64,000 nucleotides of DNA from a virus. The notes under the pieces are model-generated. The model saw nothing but the letters and a program-made list of their open reading frames with translations, did no database searches and was not told the DNA's origin. Position numbers and translations under genes: made by a program. The stretch spans positions 32,001 to 96,000 of IMG/VR virus record IMGVR_UViG_3300043399_000524; one strand, written 5' to 3'. Shown here one piece after another: positions 28,057 through 36,321 of this stretch; the stretch's first letter is position 1; each line of letters begins with the position of its first letter.

Positions 28057-28744
28057 CAAACCGTTGAAATATGGTTGTGATTTTTGCGGCAGAGAATTTG
28101 CTAGAGAATCAACAATAGCAAAACATATTTGTGAATACAAACAAAGATGGATGAATAAAGACCTACATGGTAATCGTATAGGTTTTCAGTCATGGGTTCA
28201 GTTTTACAAAAAGAATACTAACTCTAAGAAAACTAAGACCTACGAAGAATTCATCAAGTCAGCATATTACACTGCATTTGTAAAATTCGGAACGCACTGT
28301 GTAGATATAAACGCTATCAACATACCAAGATATGTTGATTGGTTGTTGAAAAATCAAATTAAGATTGACACATGGACAAGTGATACAACTTACACAAAGT
28401 ATCTGATTGAATATCTTAAAACAGAAGATCCATTAGATGGTATTGCCAGAAGTGTAGAGGCTACGATTAAGTTGGGAGAGAATGCAGGCATATTACCCAA
28501 AGATGTTTTACGTTATGGCAATACAAATCGCATTTGCTATGAAATTACTAAGGGCAAGATTAGTCCATGGATGCTTTATCAAAGCAACAGTGGTATTGAA
28601 TTTTTAAGCAAAGTCAATGATATTCCAGAACAAGCTAAAATAATAATGGATTATATTGATCCAGAACAATGGGCATTAAAATTTCACAGAGAACCAGAAA
28701 ATGTCAGAACAGCCAAAGAGATCCTCAACGCTGGCGGGTATTAA
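28016..28744 (+). CDS. hypothetical protein with N-terminal Zn finger
   Basis: CDFC...KHIC. Confidence 0.65.
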   Translation: MNKLLSTKETVETDKPLKYGCDFCGREFARESTIAKHICEYKQRWMNKDLHGNRIGFQSWVQFYKKNTNSKKTKTYEEFIKSAYYTAFVKFGTHCVDINAINIPRYVDWLLKNQIKIDTWTSDTTYTKYLIEYLKTEDPLDGIARSVEATIKLGENAGILPKDVLRYGNTNRICYEITKGKISPWMLYQSNSGIEFLSKVNDIPEQAKIIMDYIDPEQWALKFHREPENVRTAKEILNAGGY

Positions 28745-28955
28745 TGTTGAGCACGATTATCGTGTAAGGATACCTTTTAATCTAATACATGACATAACGA
28801 CAGGTCAAAATACTTGGAATGAATCCTGCGCTAAAGCAATAGAAATGTTTGGGTTGCCGGGTGACAAATATTCATGGAGATTCACAAAAGAATATATTGA
28901 GTTTTGGTTCCGTGAAGAAAAAGATGCAATGATGTTTGAACTATGTTGCGGATAA
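28701..28955 (+). CDS. small paralogue array member
   Basis: IEMFGLPG; FREEKDAMMFELCCG. Confidence 0.7.
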   Translation: MSEQPKRSSTLAGINVEHDYRVRIPFNLIHDITTGQNTWNESCAKAIEMFGLPGDKYSWRFTKEYIEFWFREEKDAMMFELCCG

Positions 28956-29359
28956 AAGCTAGAATTCGTAAATGGAAAGCCGAGCGCAAACTCAAAAAGA
29001 GTGGGTATGAGAATTGGCGTCAATATAAACACAACCGTGATTCTGGAGTAGAACAGTATGCCCAATGCGTAGAAGATTTCTACCTTGATTACCCATATGT
29101 CTACGCTTGTAAAAACCCAACCCATTACGCATATCAATGTTTAGATGATTTTGGTCTCGGTGTTCAGCGTTTTGGGTTCGATGAAATGAACGATTGGTGT
29201 CACGAAAAGATAAGGTGGAACTTTCGTTGTGATATGCATAGGGTTTATGAGAACCAATGGGGAAGAATGGAGTTGAATGATATCGGCGGATATGATATAA
29301 TATACTTTGCATTCAAGCGTGAACAAGATTTTACACACTTCTTACTAAGATGGGCTTAA
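28943..29359 (+). CDS. small paralogue array member with N-terminal extension
   Basis: DWCHEKI; FKREQDFTHFLLRWA. Confidence 0.7.
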   Translation: MLRIKARIRKWKAERKLKKSGYENWRQYKHNRDSGVEQYAQCVEDFYLDYPYVYACKNPTHYAYQCLDDFGLGVQRFGFDEMNDWCHEKIRWNFRCDMHRVYENQWGRMELNDIGGYDIIYFAFKREQDFTHFLLRWA

Positions 29360-29598
29360 AGAAAATCTACATGATGTATCACACACCAAGAACAATAGAA
29401 GTTCTTAATTGGTTTTATGATACGTTCGGTGAACCACAAGAATGGAGTGCAATAGTATTGGAGCCTGTTCAATTGAAACATGGTTATCAATGGGCTAATG
29501 GTAAACACCATGACGGTGACTGGGACGAATTTGATACGGTTCCTGTAATTTGGTGTACAGAAAAAGCGTTTATGATGTATTCTTTGAGGTGGTTATAA
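29350..29598 (+). CDS. small paralogue array member
   Basis: NWFYDTFG; WCTEKAFMMYSLRWL. Confidence 0.7.
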   Translation: MGLKKIYMMYHTPRTIEVLNWFYDTFGEPQEWSAIVLEPVQLKHGYQWANGKHHDGDWDEFDTVPVIWCTEKAFMMYSLRWL

Positions 29599-29849
29599 TG
29601 GAACAAGGTAGCTTTACATACAAGACTGAAAAATATTACGGTAGCAAGAAAAATGTCCACACCATTTCTTGGAAGGGGAAGGGCGAAGTTGATAGCGCAG
29701 AGATTCAGAAATGGTGCATTGACAATTTCGGGCAACCTGGCTACCAAGAAGAACACGGTGAAGCACGATGGCTAGACCATACTGATTTTGGTGAAATCTT
29801 TTTGTGTAAAGATGAAGACTTGACCTTCTTCTTACTCAAGTGGACATGA
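29598..29849 (+). CDS. small paralogue array member
   Basis: KWCIDNFGQPG; CKDEDLTFFLLKWT. Confidence 0.7.
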   Translation: MEQGSFTYKTEKYYGSKKNVHTISWKGKGEVDSAEIQKWCIDNFGQPGYQEEHGEARWLDHTDFGEIFLCKDEDLTFFLLKWT

Positions 29850-30079
29850 GAAGAATTCATTTTGAAGGCCCTACATGGCATGACACCAAACCCGGTTGGC
29901 ACGAAATCGAGTTGAACCTAAACGGGCAACCAAAACGCTATCGTGAAATTATAGAATGGCTGTATAATAGTATAGATAAGCCCGAAAGGCATTGTAGGTG
30001 GTTTGAAACTAGTGTAGGAATTAAAATCAAGTTTAGGTATGAACGGGACTATATTTTGGCAATGTTGAGGTGGAAATGA
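29846..30079 (+). CDS. small paralogue array member
   Basis: EWLYNSI; FRYERDYILAMLRWK. Confidence 0.7.
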   Translation: MRRIHFEGPTWHDTKPGWHEIELNLNGQPKRYREIIEWLYNSIDKPERHCRWFETSVGIKIKFRYERDYILAMLRWK

Positions 30080-30429
30080 GAGTAAGCATTTGGTATCGCA
30101 CTGAATTACAGCAACCTAGTAAGTCAGGTTACTATCTAAGTTATCGTGGATGGGGCATCGGTGGCAAGGCTGATGGTGATAGCGATTGGGGTTATGTCTA
30201 TTACGATAAGAAAAAAAATCAATGGAGTGACTACAAAAGCGAGGATAGTCACTATGCTATTGTCTATTACTGGACTGATGCTACACCTGATGATTGGACA
30301 GACCAAGACCCTCCTAGCGTCAGCCTACACATACTAAAAGCACAACATAATGTAGCCCTGGAAGATGCGTGGAAAAAAGTTGTAGAAGCAATTGACCAAT
30401 ACAACATGATTAAAGAGTTGGTGAAATGA
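30076..30429 (+). CDS. hypothetical protein (not in the array family)
   Basis: Coupled ORF, W/Y-rich. Confidence 0.65.
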   Translation: MRVSIWYRTELQQPSKSGYYLSYRGWGIGGKADGDSDWGYVYYDKKKNQWSDYKSEDSHYAIVYYWTDATPDDWTDQDPPSVSLHILKAQHNVALEDAWKKVVEAIDQYNMIKELVK

Positions 30430-30728
30430 AACAAGGCGATATCATTAAACTTATTGAAGAAATTGCCGATGGGTTAGCAAAAAAGATTAAACATGATAAA
30501 GCAATGTTTGAGATAAAAACAAATACTAAGTATAAGTTCAGCCGTAACTGGTATCAAGCATATTTCGACCTTAAAGACTATGATGCTGTAGATGAATGGT
30601 GTGAACAACAGTTTGGAAAGCATCCTAAGAATCCTGATGCTTGGAGTCGCTGGTGGCACAAGTTTGAGGACAGTATTCTGTTCCGTGATGAAAAGGACTA
30701 TGTGTTGTTCACGTTGAGGTGGAGTTGA
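30426..30728 (+). CDS. small paralogue array member
   Basis: EWCEQQFG; FRDEKDYVLFTLRWS. Confidence 0.7.
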   Translation: MKQGDIIKLIEEIADGLAKKIKHDKAMFEIKTNTKYKFSRNWYQAYFDLKDYDAVDEWCEQQFGKHPKNPDAWSRWWHKFEDSILFRDEKDYVLFTLRWS

Positions 30729-31006
30729 TGAAATTATTTTATAGTAGTGCTGGGGCAAGCAATCCTAGCTTTGTGTATAAATTCAAAGTTAAAAAGTGTA
30801 CAACTGAAATGTATGAGTGGGCTAGCAATTATCCCGAAAAAGGCCCCTTCAGCCGTTGGTATGTAGAATGGAATACTATGAAAATGGATAGCGGCAAAAA
30901 TTACGATGTAATACAGATTGAACACAGCGAAGCAGCCAAAATATTCAAAATTGCATTCGCGGGTGAATATGAAGATATCACTATGAAAGAATATAGGCTT
31001 GATTGA
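30728..31006 (+). CDS. divergent array member
   Basis: EWASNY; IEHSEAAKIFKIAF. Confidence 0.6.
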   Translation: MKLFYSSAGASNPSFVYKFKVKKCTTEMYEWASNYPEKGPFSRWYVEWNTMKMDSGKNYDVIQIEHSEAAKIFKIAFAGEYEDITMKEYRLD

Positions 31007-31217
31007 AGTCAAACTGATAGATAAACTTCCTATTGAGTTTTTGGTCATTGTAAATGAACTCAAAGAAAAGGGATATGTTCAAGGCGTAGACTTTGACTTT
31101 GCCTATCATCCACCCAAATTTGATGACTTTTCAGGTGATGCAGTCTATAATAGATGTGTAATCTTTACTTTTTATAAAGAAGAATTAGCAACATGGTTCA
31201 GTCTAATATACCATTAA
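30999..31217 (+). CDS. small paralogue array member
   Basis: FYKEELATWFSLIYH. Confidence 0.6.
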   Translation: MIEVKLIDKLPIEFLVIVNELKEKGYVQGVDFDFAYHPPKFDDFSGDAVYNRCVIFTFYKEELATWFSLIYH

Positions 31218-31468
31218 CAATAGATCAAGTAATCAAAGAGAAAGTCGATGAAATGCAAAAGGGTATCGACAATGATGTTATGAGAGCCTGTTTAGTCGAA
31301 AGTGGCTGGACACAAGTAGAATTCTACTATACCAATAATAAACACGCAATTGATGTGCTAAATTGGATCGGTGACAATGTGAAAGAAAATCAGTGGTCAC
31401 GGTTGAACAGTTACTTTGTATTCCGCAAGAAAAAAGATGCGGAGTGGTTCATGTTACGATGGCTATAA
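31193..31468 (+). CDS. small paralogue array member
   Basis: NWIGDNV; FRKKKDAEWFMLRWL. Confidence 0.7.
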   Translation: MVQSNIPLTIDQVIKEKVDEMQKGIDNDVMRACLVESGWTQVEFYYTNNKHAIDVLNWIGDNVKENQWSRLNSYFVFRKKKDAEWFMLRWL

Positions 31469-31469
31469 A

Positions 31470-31691
31470 ATGGAATATACTATAGTCGAAGATGGGTGTG
31501 ACTGCTATCCTTGGCATGAAGTTTATGCTTTGTTGCCGCATAAAACTGTGACTGGTAAGAGAGTTTGGTTACAAAAAGTGTATAAGCGTAAAGTGTGGGT
31601 TGTATGGGGCACAGGATTTCATATGGAACCAGAAGTGCAATATGCTACTGCATTTGATTTATTAGTTTATGACAACAAGTATAATCCTTAA
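31470..31691 (+). CDS. hypothetical protein, paralogue of 55783-55977
   Basis: PWHEVYALLPHKTVTGKRVWLQKVYKR. Confidence 0.65.
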   Translation: MEYTIVEDGCDCYPWHEVYALLPHKTVTGKRVWLQKVYKRKVWVVWGTGFHMEPEVQYATAFDLLVYDNKYNP

Positions 31692-31890
31692 ACATGGGTT
31701 AGGTGCCCGTGAAGAACAATGGTTAGCAAAGAATGTGGGGCCTAGAATGCATTATATTCACAATAGCATAGGTGGACAGGGCTGGATAGCTAAACGTGAA
31801 TGGACTCCTGGAATGGTTAGTAGAGAATGGGTTCTGACATTTGAAGATGAACGCTATGCTACATTTTTTAGATTGATGTTTCCAGAATGA
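31669..31890 (+). CDS. small paralogue array member
   Basis: QWLAKNVG; FEDERYATFFRLMFPE. Confidence 0.7.
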   Translation: MTTSIILKHGLGAREEQWLAKNVGPRMHYIHNSIGGQGWIAKREWTPGMVSREWVLTFEDERYATFFRLMFPE

Positions 31891-32153
31891 ATATATCTAA
31901 AGACTTTCAGGATTATGATGACGATGGTCCAGAAATGGAATTTCGAAAAAACCGCTGGAACTATTGGTCTGCTCTTAAACAAGCACGCCAAGAATATATG
32001 AAAACAAAAATAGAGTTTGATGCGTATGAGTTTGAAGATTGGCTCGAAGCAATATATGGTATAAAGATGAACATCGTCAACGGTAATATCACAGATGGTT
32101 ATAAAATTATGGATGAAGCCAAATACACATTTTTTCTATTGAAATTCCAATGA
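31887..32153 (+). CDS. small paralogue array member
   Basis: DWLEAIYG; IMDEAKYTFFLLKFQ. Confidence 0.65.
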   Translation: MNISKDFQDYDDDGPEMEFRKNRWNYWSALKQARQEYMKTKIEFDAYEFEDWLEAIYGIKMNIVNGNITDGYKIMDEAKYTFFLLKFQ

Positions 32154-32494
32154 ATAACAATCATCCATTTAAGATCACACAGTACGATAGATTTATCACT
32201 GTGACATGGCCTAATATGAATGATGTCAGGGAAAAAGTTACTAAATTAAAATTAATAGAGGCAGCATTTCAACAATCCAAAGCAGTTGAAGTAGGCTTTG
32301 TGTTAGAACTCAACAATAAAGAATATGATATCATGTGGATCAATTCTTTTCTTAGTTTGACTGAAAATGATTATGTGAATTATATACAAGATATGTATGT
32401 TATTAAGGGTGTTGCATATAGAGAGAAAACAGATGCAGAGAAGTTCTACAATTGGTTAGAAGGAAAGTATATATGGCAATTACTCAAGGAATAA
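32150..32494 (+). CDS. divergent array member
   Basis: YREKTDAEKFYNWL. Confidence 0.55.
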   Translation: MNNNHPFKITQYDRFITVTWPNMNDVREKVTKLKLIEAAFQQSKAVEVGFVLELNNKEYDIMWINSFLSLTENDYVNYIQDMYVIKGVAYREKTDAEKFYNWLEGKYIWQLLKE

Positions 32495-32751
32495 ACGGAA
32501 CATTCGTTTCATACAGCGAAATGGATGACCCAATCTATTTTCGTAAATTCAAAAAGACCGTTCCACTTGACGGATCATGGGAAACCCGTGTATTCTATGA
32601 GATAACTAAGTTTCCATTGGGTCGCAAAGAAACAGAACAATGGCTAGAAGACCATTATGGTAAGTTGAAATATAGCGACAGTTGGTGGAAAACATTTAAC
32701 GGTATATGTATGAATGAAAAGATATACATACACTACAAATTATTGGAGTAA
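32452..32751 (+). CDS. divergent array member
   Basis: QWLEDHYG; CMNEKIYIHYKLLE; true start uncertain. Confidence 0.6.
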   Translation: MVRRKVYMAITQGINGTFVSYSEMDDPIYFRKFKKTVPLDGSWETRVFYEITKFPLGRKETEQWLEDHYGKLKYSDSWWKTFNGICMNEKIYIHYKLLE

Positions 32752-32753
32752 GT

Positions 32754-33314
32754 ATGGCGGCGGATATAATGATTGATATTGAAAGTTTGAACACAACACC
32801 TGATTGTGTTATTCTATCTATCGGCGCGGTTAGATTTGATCCTCGAGGCAACGGTGTTGTTGAACGATTAGAACTTAAACCTACAGTCGAGGATCAAACT
32901 GAAATATATAATAGGAGTATTAACGATGATACAATCAGATGGTGGTCAGAACAAAATCCTGCTGCCCTTGAAGAAGCATTCAGCGAAGAAGGTAGAATCC
33001 CATTTGCCGAATGTATGGAGATCCTATACAAGTTTTGTTGGAATCGCCGTGCTGTGTGGAGTAATGGTGCCCCCTTCGATTTGGTCGTTATGGAACATGC
33101 TTGGAGACAAACAAGCGATAAACCTAATCCCATCCCCTGGCCTTTCTGGACAATGCGAGACACAAGAACACTGTGGGAAATCGCAGGAGTCAAACTCAAA
33201 GACGGAGGACACGTTACAAGTCACAAGGCTGTAGAAGATGCTGAACGACAAGCCATCGTTGTTCAACAAGCATACATGAAATTAATGAAAGCAGGATTGG
33301 CAGAATCACGATGA
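32754..33314 (+). CDS. stand-alone DEDD 3'-5' exonuclease
   Basis: IMIDIESL (ExoI), NGAPFDL (ExoII), RDTRT, HKAVEDA (ExoIII). Confidence 0.85.
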   Translation: MAADIMIDIESLNTTPDCVILSIGAVRFDPRGNGVVERLELKPTVEDQTEIYNRSINDDTIRWWSEQNPAALEEAFSEEGRIPFAECMEILYKFCWNRRAVWSNGAPFDLVVMEHAWRQTSDKPNPIPWPFWTMRDTRTLWEIAGVKLKDGGHVTSHKAVEDAERQAIVVQQAYMKLMKAGLAESR

Positions 33315-33517
33315 ATGTCGAAAGAGAAAACACTTGGAGAACATTGCAAGGTCTTAAACCTATACAATCTTGGAAATGTAGACTTGGATGGCATCGTTGG
33401 ACTAATTATGAAATTCACGATAGGTCACATGATTTTATGGGACCAGTTGCAAGATGCCATTGTGCTGATTGCGGATTACCTAGAATAGAGCCTCCCTACA
33501 CAAAGAGTAAAAAATGA
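33311..33517 (+). CDS. small Cys/His protein
   Basis: CRLGWHRW...CHCADC. Confidence 0.6.
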   Translation: MNVERENTWRTLQGLKPIQSWKCRLGWHRWTNYEIHDRSHDFMGPVARCHCADCGLPRIEPPYTKSKK

Positions 33518-34086
33518 AACTAGATGCTGATATTGACATTGACTTTGGTGACAGAGATAAGTTGTTGAAACTTATTGCTCATACATCTGCGGCTATGCGT
33601 AATGTTAAACCCATGCGTAAACATAACACGGGTGTCTATGTTACGGACATTCCGTATGATTCAGTAAATGACATGGCTAGTATTGATTACACCGAGGCTG
33701 AAAAACGTGGTTATTTTAAACTAGACTTGTTAAATGTTCATGTTTACGAGCAAGTACGTGATGAACAGCATTTAGTTGAATTGATGCAAGAACCAGACTG
33801 GTCTAAATTAAATGATAAAGAATTTGTTGAAAAACTGATTCACTTAGCGAATCATTATAATTCTATACAAAAAATGCCTGAACCCATTGATAGTATCCCT
33901 AGACTAGCAATGTTCTTAGCCGCTATTCGTCCAGCTAAAAAGCATTTGATTGGATTACCCTGGAAAGAAGTCGCAAAGACTATATGGGATAAAGGTGATG
34001 ATGGGTACAGTTTTAAGCGTTCGCATGCCGTTGCTTACGCACATTTGGTAGTAGTTCATATGAATCTACTTACGGCATCCTCTTAA
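33514..34086 (+). CDS. miniature C-family (DnaE-like) polymerase catalytic fragment
   Basis: DIDIDF, KHNTGVYV, GYFKLDLL, LAAIRP, YSFKRSHAVAY, collinear with DnaE. Confidence 0.8.
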   Translation: MKLDADIDIDFGDRDKLLKLIAHTSAAMRNVKPMRKHNTGVYVTDIPYDSVNDMASIDYTEAEKRGYFKLDLLNVHVYEQVRDEQHLVELMQEPDWSKLNDKEFVEKLIHLANHYNSIQKMPEPIDSIPRLAMFLAAIRPAKKHLIGLPWKEVAKTIWDKGDDGYSFKRSHAVAYAHLVVVHMNLLTASS

Positions 34087-34450
34087 CTAACGTAATGCTC
34101 TTGCGTTTGGTCCTACGCTTGTTTAGTTCACTGATACTACATATAGGACCATGAATAATAGTCAGACTTTTATTGTTAAAAGTCCTTAAATAGGGCTTGA
34201 AAATACTCCATTCATCTTTCAGGAATAGGTTTATGGGGATAAGTCTATTACTTTCCCACCACCAAATATCTCCTAATTCTAGGAATTTTTCTTTAATTAG
34301 AGGGTCTACTATGGCCCCATAATCGTATATTGTAGTGACAACATCATCCCTATTCTGTACTATACCCACGTAATCTTGGTTTGAGTGCGAACATACTGTT
34401 ATGAACGGGTGATTTTCACTTAATTTTTTAAAAAATTCGTTGTGTATCAT
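34070..34450 (-). CDS. hypothetical protein
   Basis: Minus-strand late box at 34470-34478 precedes ATG 34450. Confidence 0.65.
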   Translation of the reverse strand: MIHNEFFKKLSENHPFITVCSHSNQDYVGIVQNRDDVVTTIYDYGAIVDPLIKEKFLELGDIWWWESNRLIPINLFLKDEWSIFKPYLRTFNNKSLTIIHGPICSISELNKRRTKRKSITLVKRMP

Positions 34451-34468
34451 TATTATTTTTAGACCGAA

Positions 34469-34511
34469 ATATTTATCATTGGACACAACCATAATATATT
34501 TTGATAAATAT
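34469..34511. promoter_or_regulatory. divergent pair of late promoters
   Basis: ATATTTATCA (34469-78) and TGATAAATAT (34502-11) are reverse complements. Confidence 0.7.
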
Positions 34512-34518
34512 CATTATC

Positions 34519-35307
34519 ATGTATTCAACCCAAGTATTTGTTTATACACAAAGACAAATTGTTGTCTTGCTATCAGGGACTTCTCCAAGGAGCTATATGC
34601 CTCAGTATGCCAAACCATTAACCCTACACAAAGGTGTAGATAACCAAATTCAATTTCAGTTCTTGAACCAAGAACAGAAACCCGTAGATATCACAGGAAA
34701 AGAAATTACCTGCAGAATTTTAAATAGTACTGGCACAACTGTCCTAATCAAAAAAGCATTAACTGTACAATTAGGATTAACAGGTATTGCTGCACTATAT
34801 CTAGATCCAGGTGAGTTAGAAGAAATTGACGCACAGAAATGCTATTACACATTAGAAATTCCAGTGGGAACATTTGATTATCCAGTATTTGTTGACCAAA
34901 ATGCAGCCGGCCGCGGAGATATGAACATTGTTAATAGTATATTACCTAGCTTTGTTCCTAGTACAGAACTAACAATTCCCTCTGGTCAAGCATTTGCAAA
35001 TACTGGTTGGATCCCAAATACATATTATGTTCCCGATCCAAACTCAGCAGTGTATTATACCAGTGTTTATACCACGACTAACAACCCGACACTTACTATT
35101 CAAGCAACATATACTGATTTTTATGGTAATGTAATGGTCGAAGGATCAACTGATATTGATAGTGATTGGTATCCAGTTAGCCCATTATTCAATTATACCG
35201 ATACCACAGAAACTTTCCATTATAATGTAACGGGATATCATCCTTATATCCGCATAGGATTTGTAAGTAATGCGGGCGTAGTAACCAATATATTGGTAAG
35301 ATCATAA
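34519..35307 (+). CDS. putative virion protein
   Basis: Late promoter; beta-rich composition. Confidence 0.55.
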   Translation: MYSTQVFVYTQRQIVVLLSGTSPRSYMPQYAKPLTLHKGVDNQIQFQFLNQEQKPVDITGKEITCRILNSTGTTVLIKKALTVQLGLTGIAALYLDPGELEEIDAQKCYYTLEIPVGTFDYPVFVDQNAAGRGDMNIVNSILPSFVPSTELTIPSGQAFANTGWIPNTYYVPDPNSAVYYTSVYTTTNNPTLTIQATYTDFYGNVMVEGSTDIDSDWYPVSPLFNYTDTTETFHYNVTGYHPYIRIGFVSNAGVVTNILVRS

Positions 35308-35343
35308 CTTGATTGTGTAACTAAAATATGTTACACTAACTTA

Positions 35344-36321
35344 ATGTTTGATATTCTGTCTTTAATTCCAGGCAAGAAAAAACTTACCCACGGTGGCTGG
35401 CATAGCTTTAATGCTATCTGCTGTCACCATCGTGGGCACACTGCTGACAAACGAGGTCGCGGTGGTATTAAGTTTGACGGACAAACAAATTGGTCATATC
35501 ACTGCTTTAATTGTAACTTCAAAACAGGCTTTGTGTTGGGTAGAAGCATTAGTAGAAATACGAGACAATTATTGTCTTGGTGCGGTGTAGATGAATCGCA
35601 AATTGGCAAGTGGAGTTTAGAAAGTTTACAACAAAAAGATTTCTTGGATTTCACACTGCCCAAGAAAAAAGAAAAGAAGATAAAATTCAAAGACCATCAA
35701 TTGCCCGAAAATGCTGTGTTGATTGATGAAAATAACCCATCGCACAAAATATATATAGACTATCTCAGGGCCAGAGGCATAAGTAATACTGAATATCCTT
35801 TCATGGTTACTACTGATGACGTTGGTCGAATGGGTAACCGCATCATTATACCATACACTTATAAAAATAAGATTGTAGGACATACAAGTAGATTCTTAGA
35901 TAATAAAATACCCAAATACATTAACGAACAACAGCAAGGTTATGTGTTTGGTTATGATTTTCAATTACCCGATCAAAGTGTTACTATATTGGTCGAAGGT
36001 ATCTTTGACGCATTGAGTTTAGGTTGTTGTGCATTGACACACAATTCAATCAATGAAGGTCAAGCAGAATTACTAGCACAATTAAATAGACAGATTATTT
36101 TTGTCCCAGACCGAGACAAATCAGGACTTGAAACTTGTGAGAGAGCTATTCAATTAGGTTATAGTGTCAGCATCCCACATTGGGATAAAGACATAAAAGA
36201 TGTAAATGATGCCGTTGTAAGATATGGTAGACTACCAACTTTACTAAGTATATTAGAGTCTGCTACAATGAGCAAAATTAAAATAGAATTGAGGAAGAAA
36301 CAAATTGAAAAAGGACTATGA
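35344..36321 (+). CDS. DNA primase (T4 gp61/DnaG-like)
   Basis: CCHH...HCFNC Zn domain, RIIIP, LVEGIFDAL and PDRD TOPRIM, KDVND. Confidence 0.88.
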   Translation: MFDILSLIPGKKKLTHGGWHSFNAICCHHRGHTADKRGRGGIKFDGQTNWSYHCFNCNFKTGFVLGRSISRNTRQLLSWCGVDESQIGKWSLESLQQKDFLDFTLPKKKEKKIKFKDHQLPENAVLIDENNPSHKIYIDYLRARGISNTEYPFMVTTDDVGRMGNRIIIPYTYKNKIVGHTSRFLDNKIPKYINEQQQGYVFGYDFQLPDQSVTILVEGIFDALSLGCCALTHNSINEGQAELLAQLNRQIIFVPDRDKSGLETCERAIQLGYSVSIPHWDKDIKDVNDAVVRYGRLPTLLSILESATMSKIKIELRKKQIEKGL

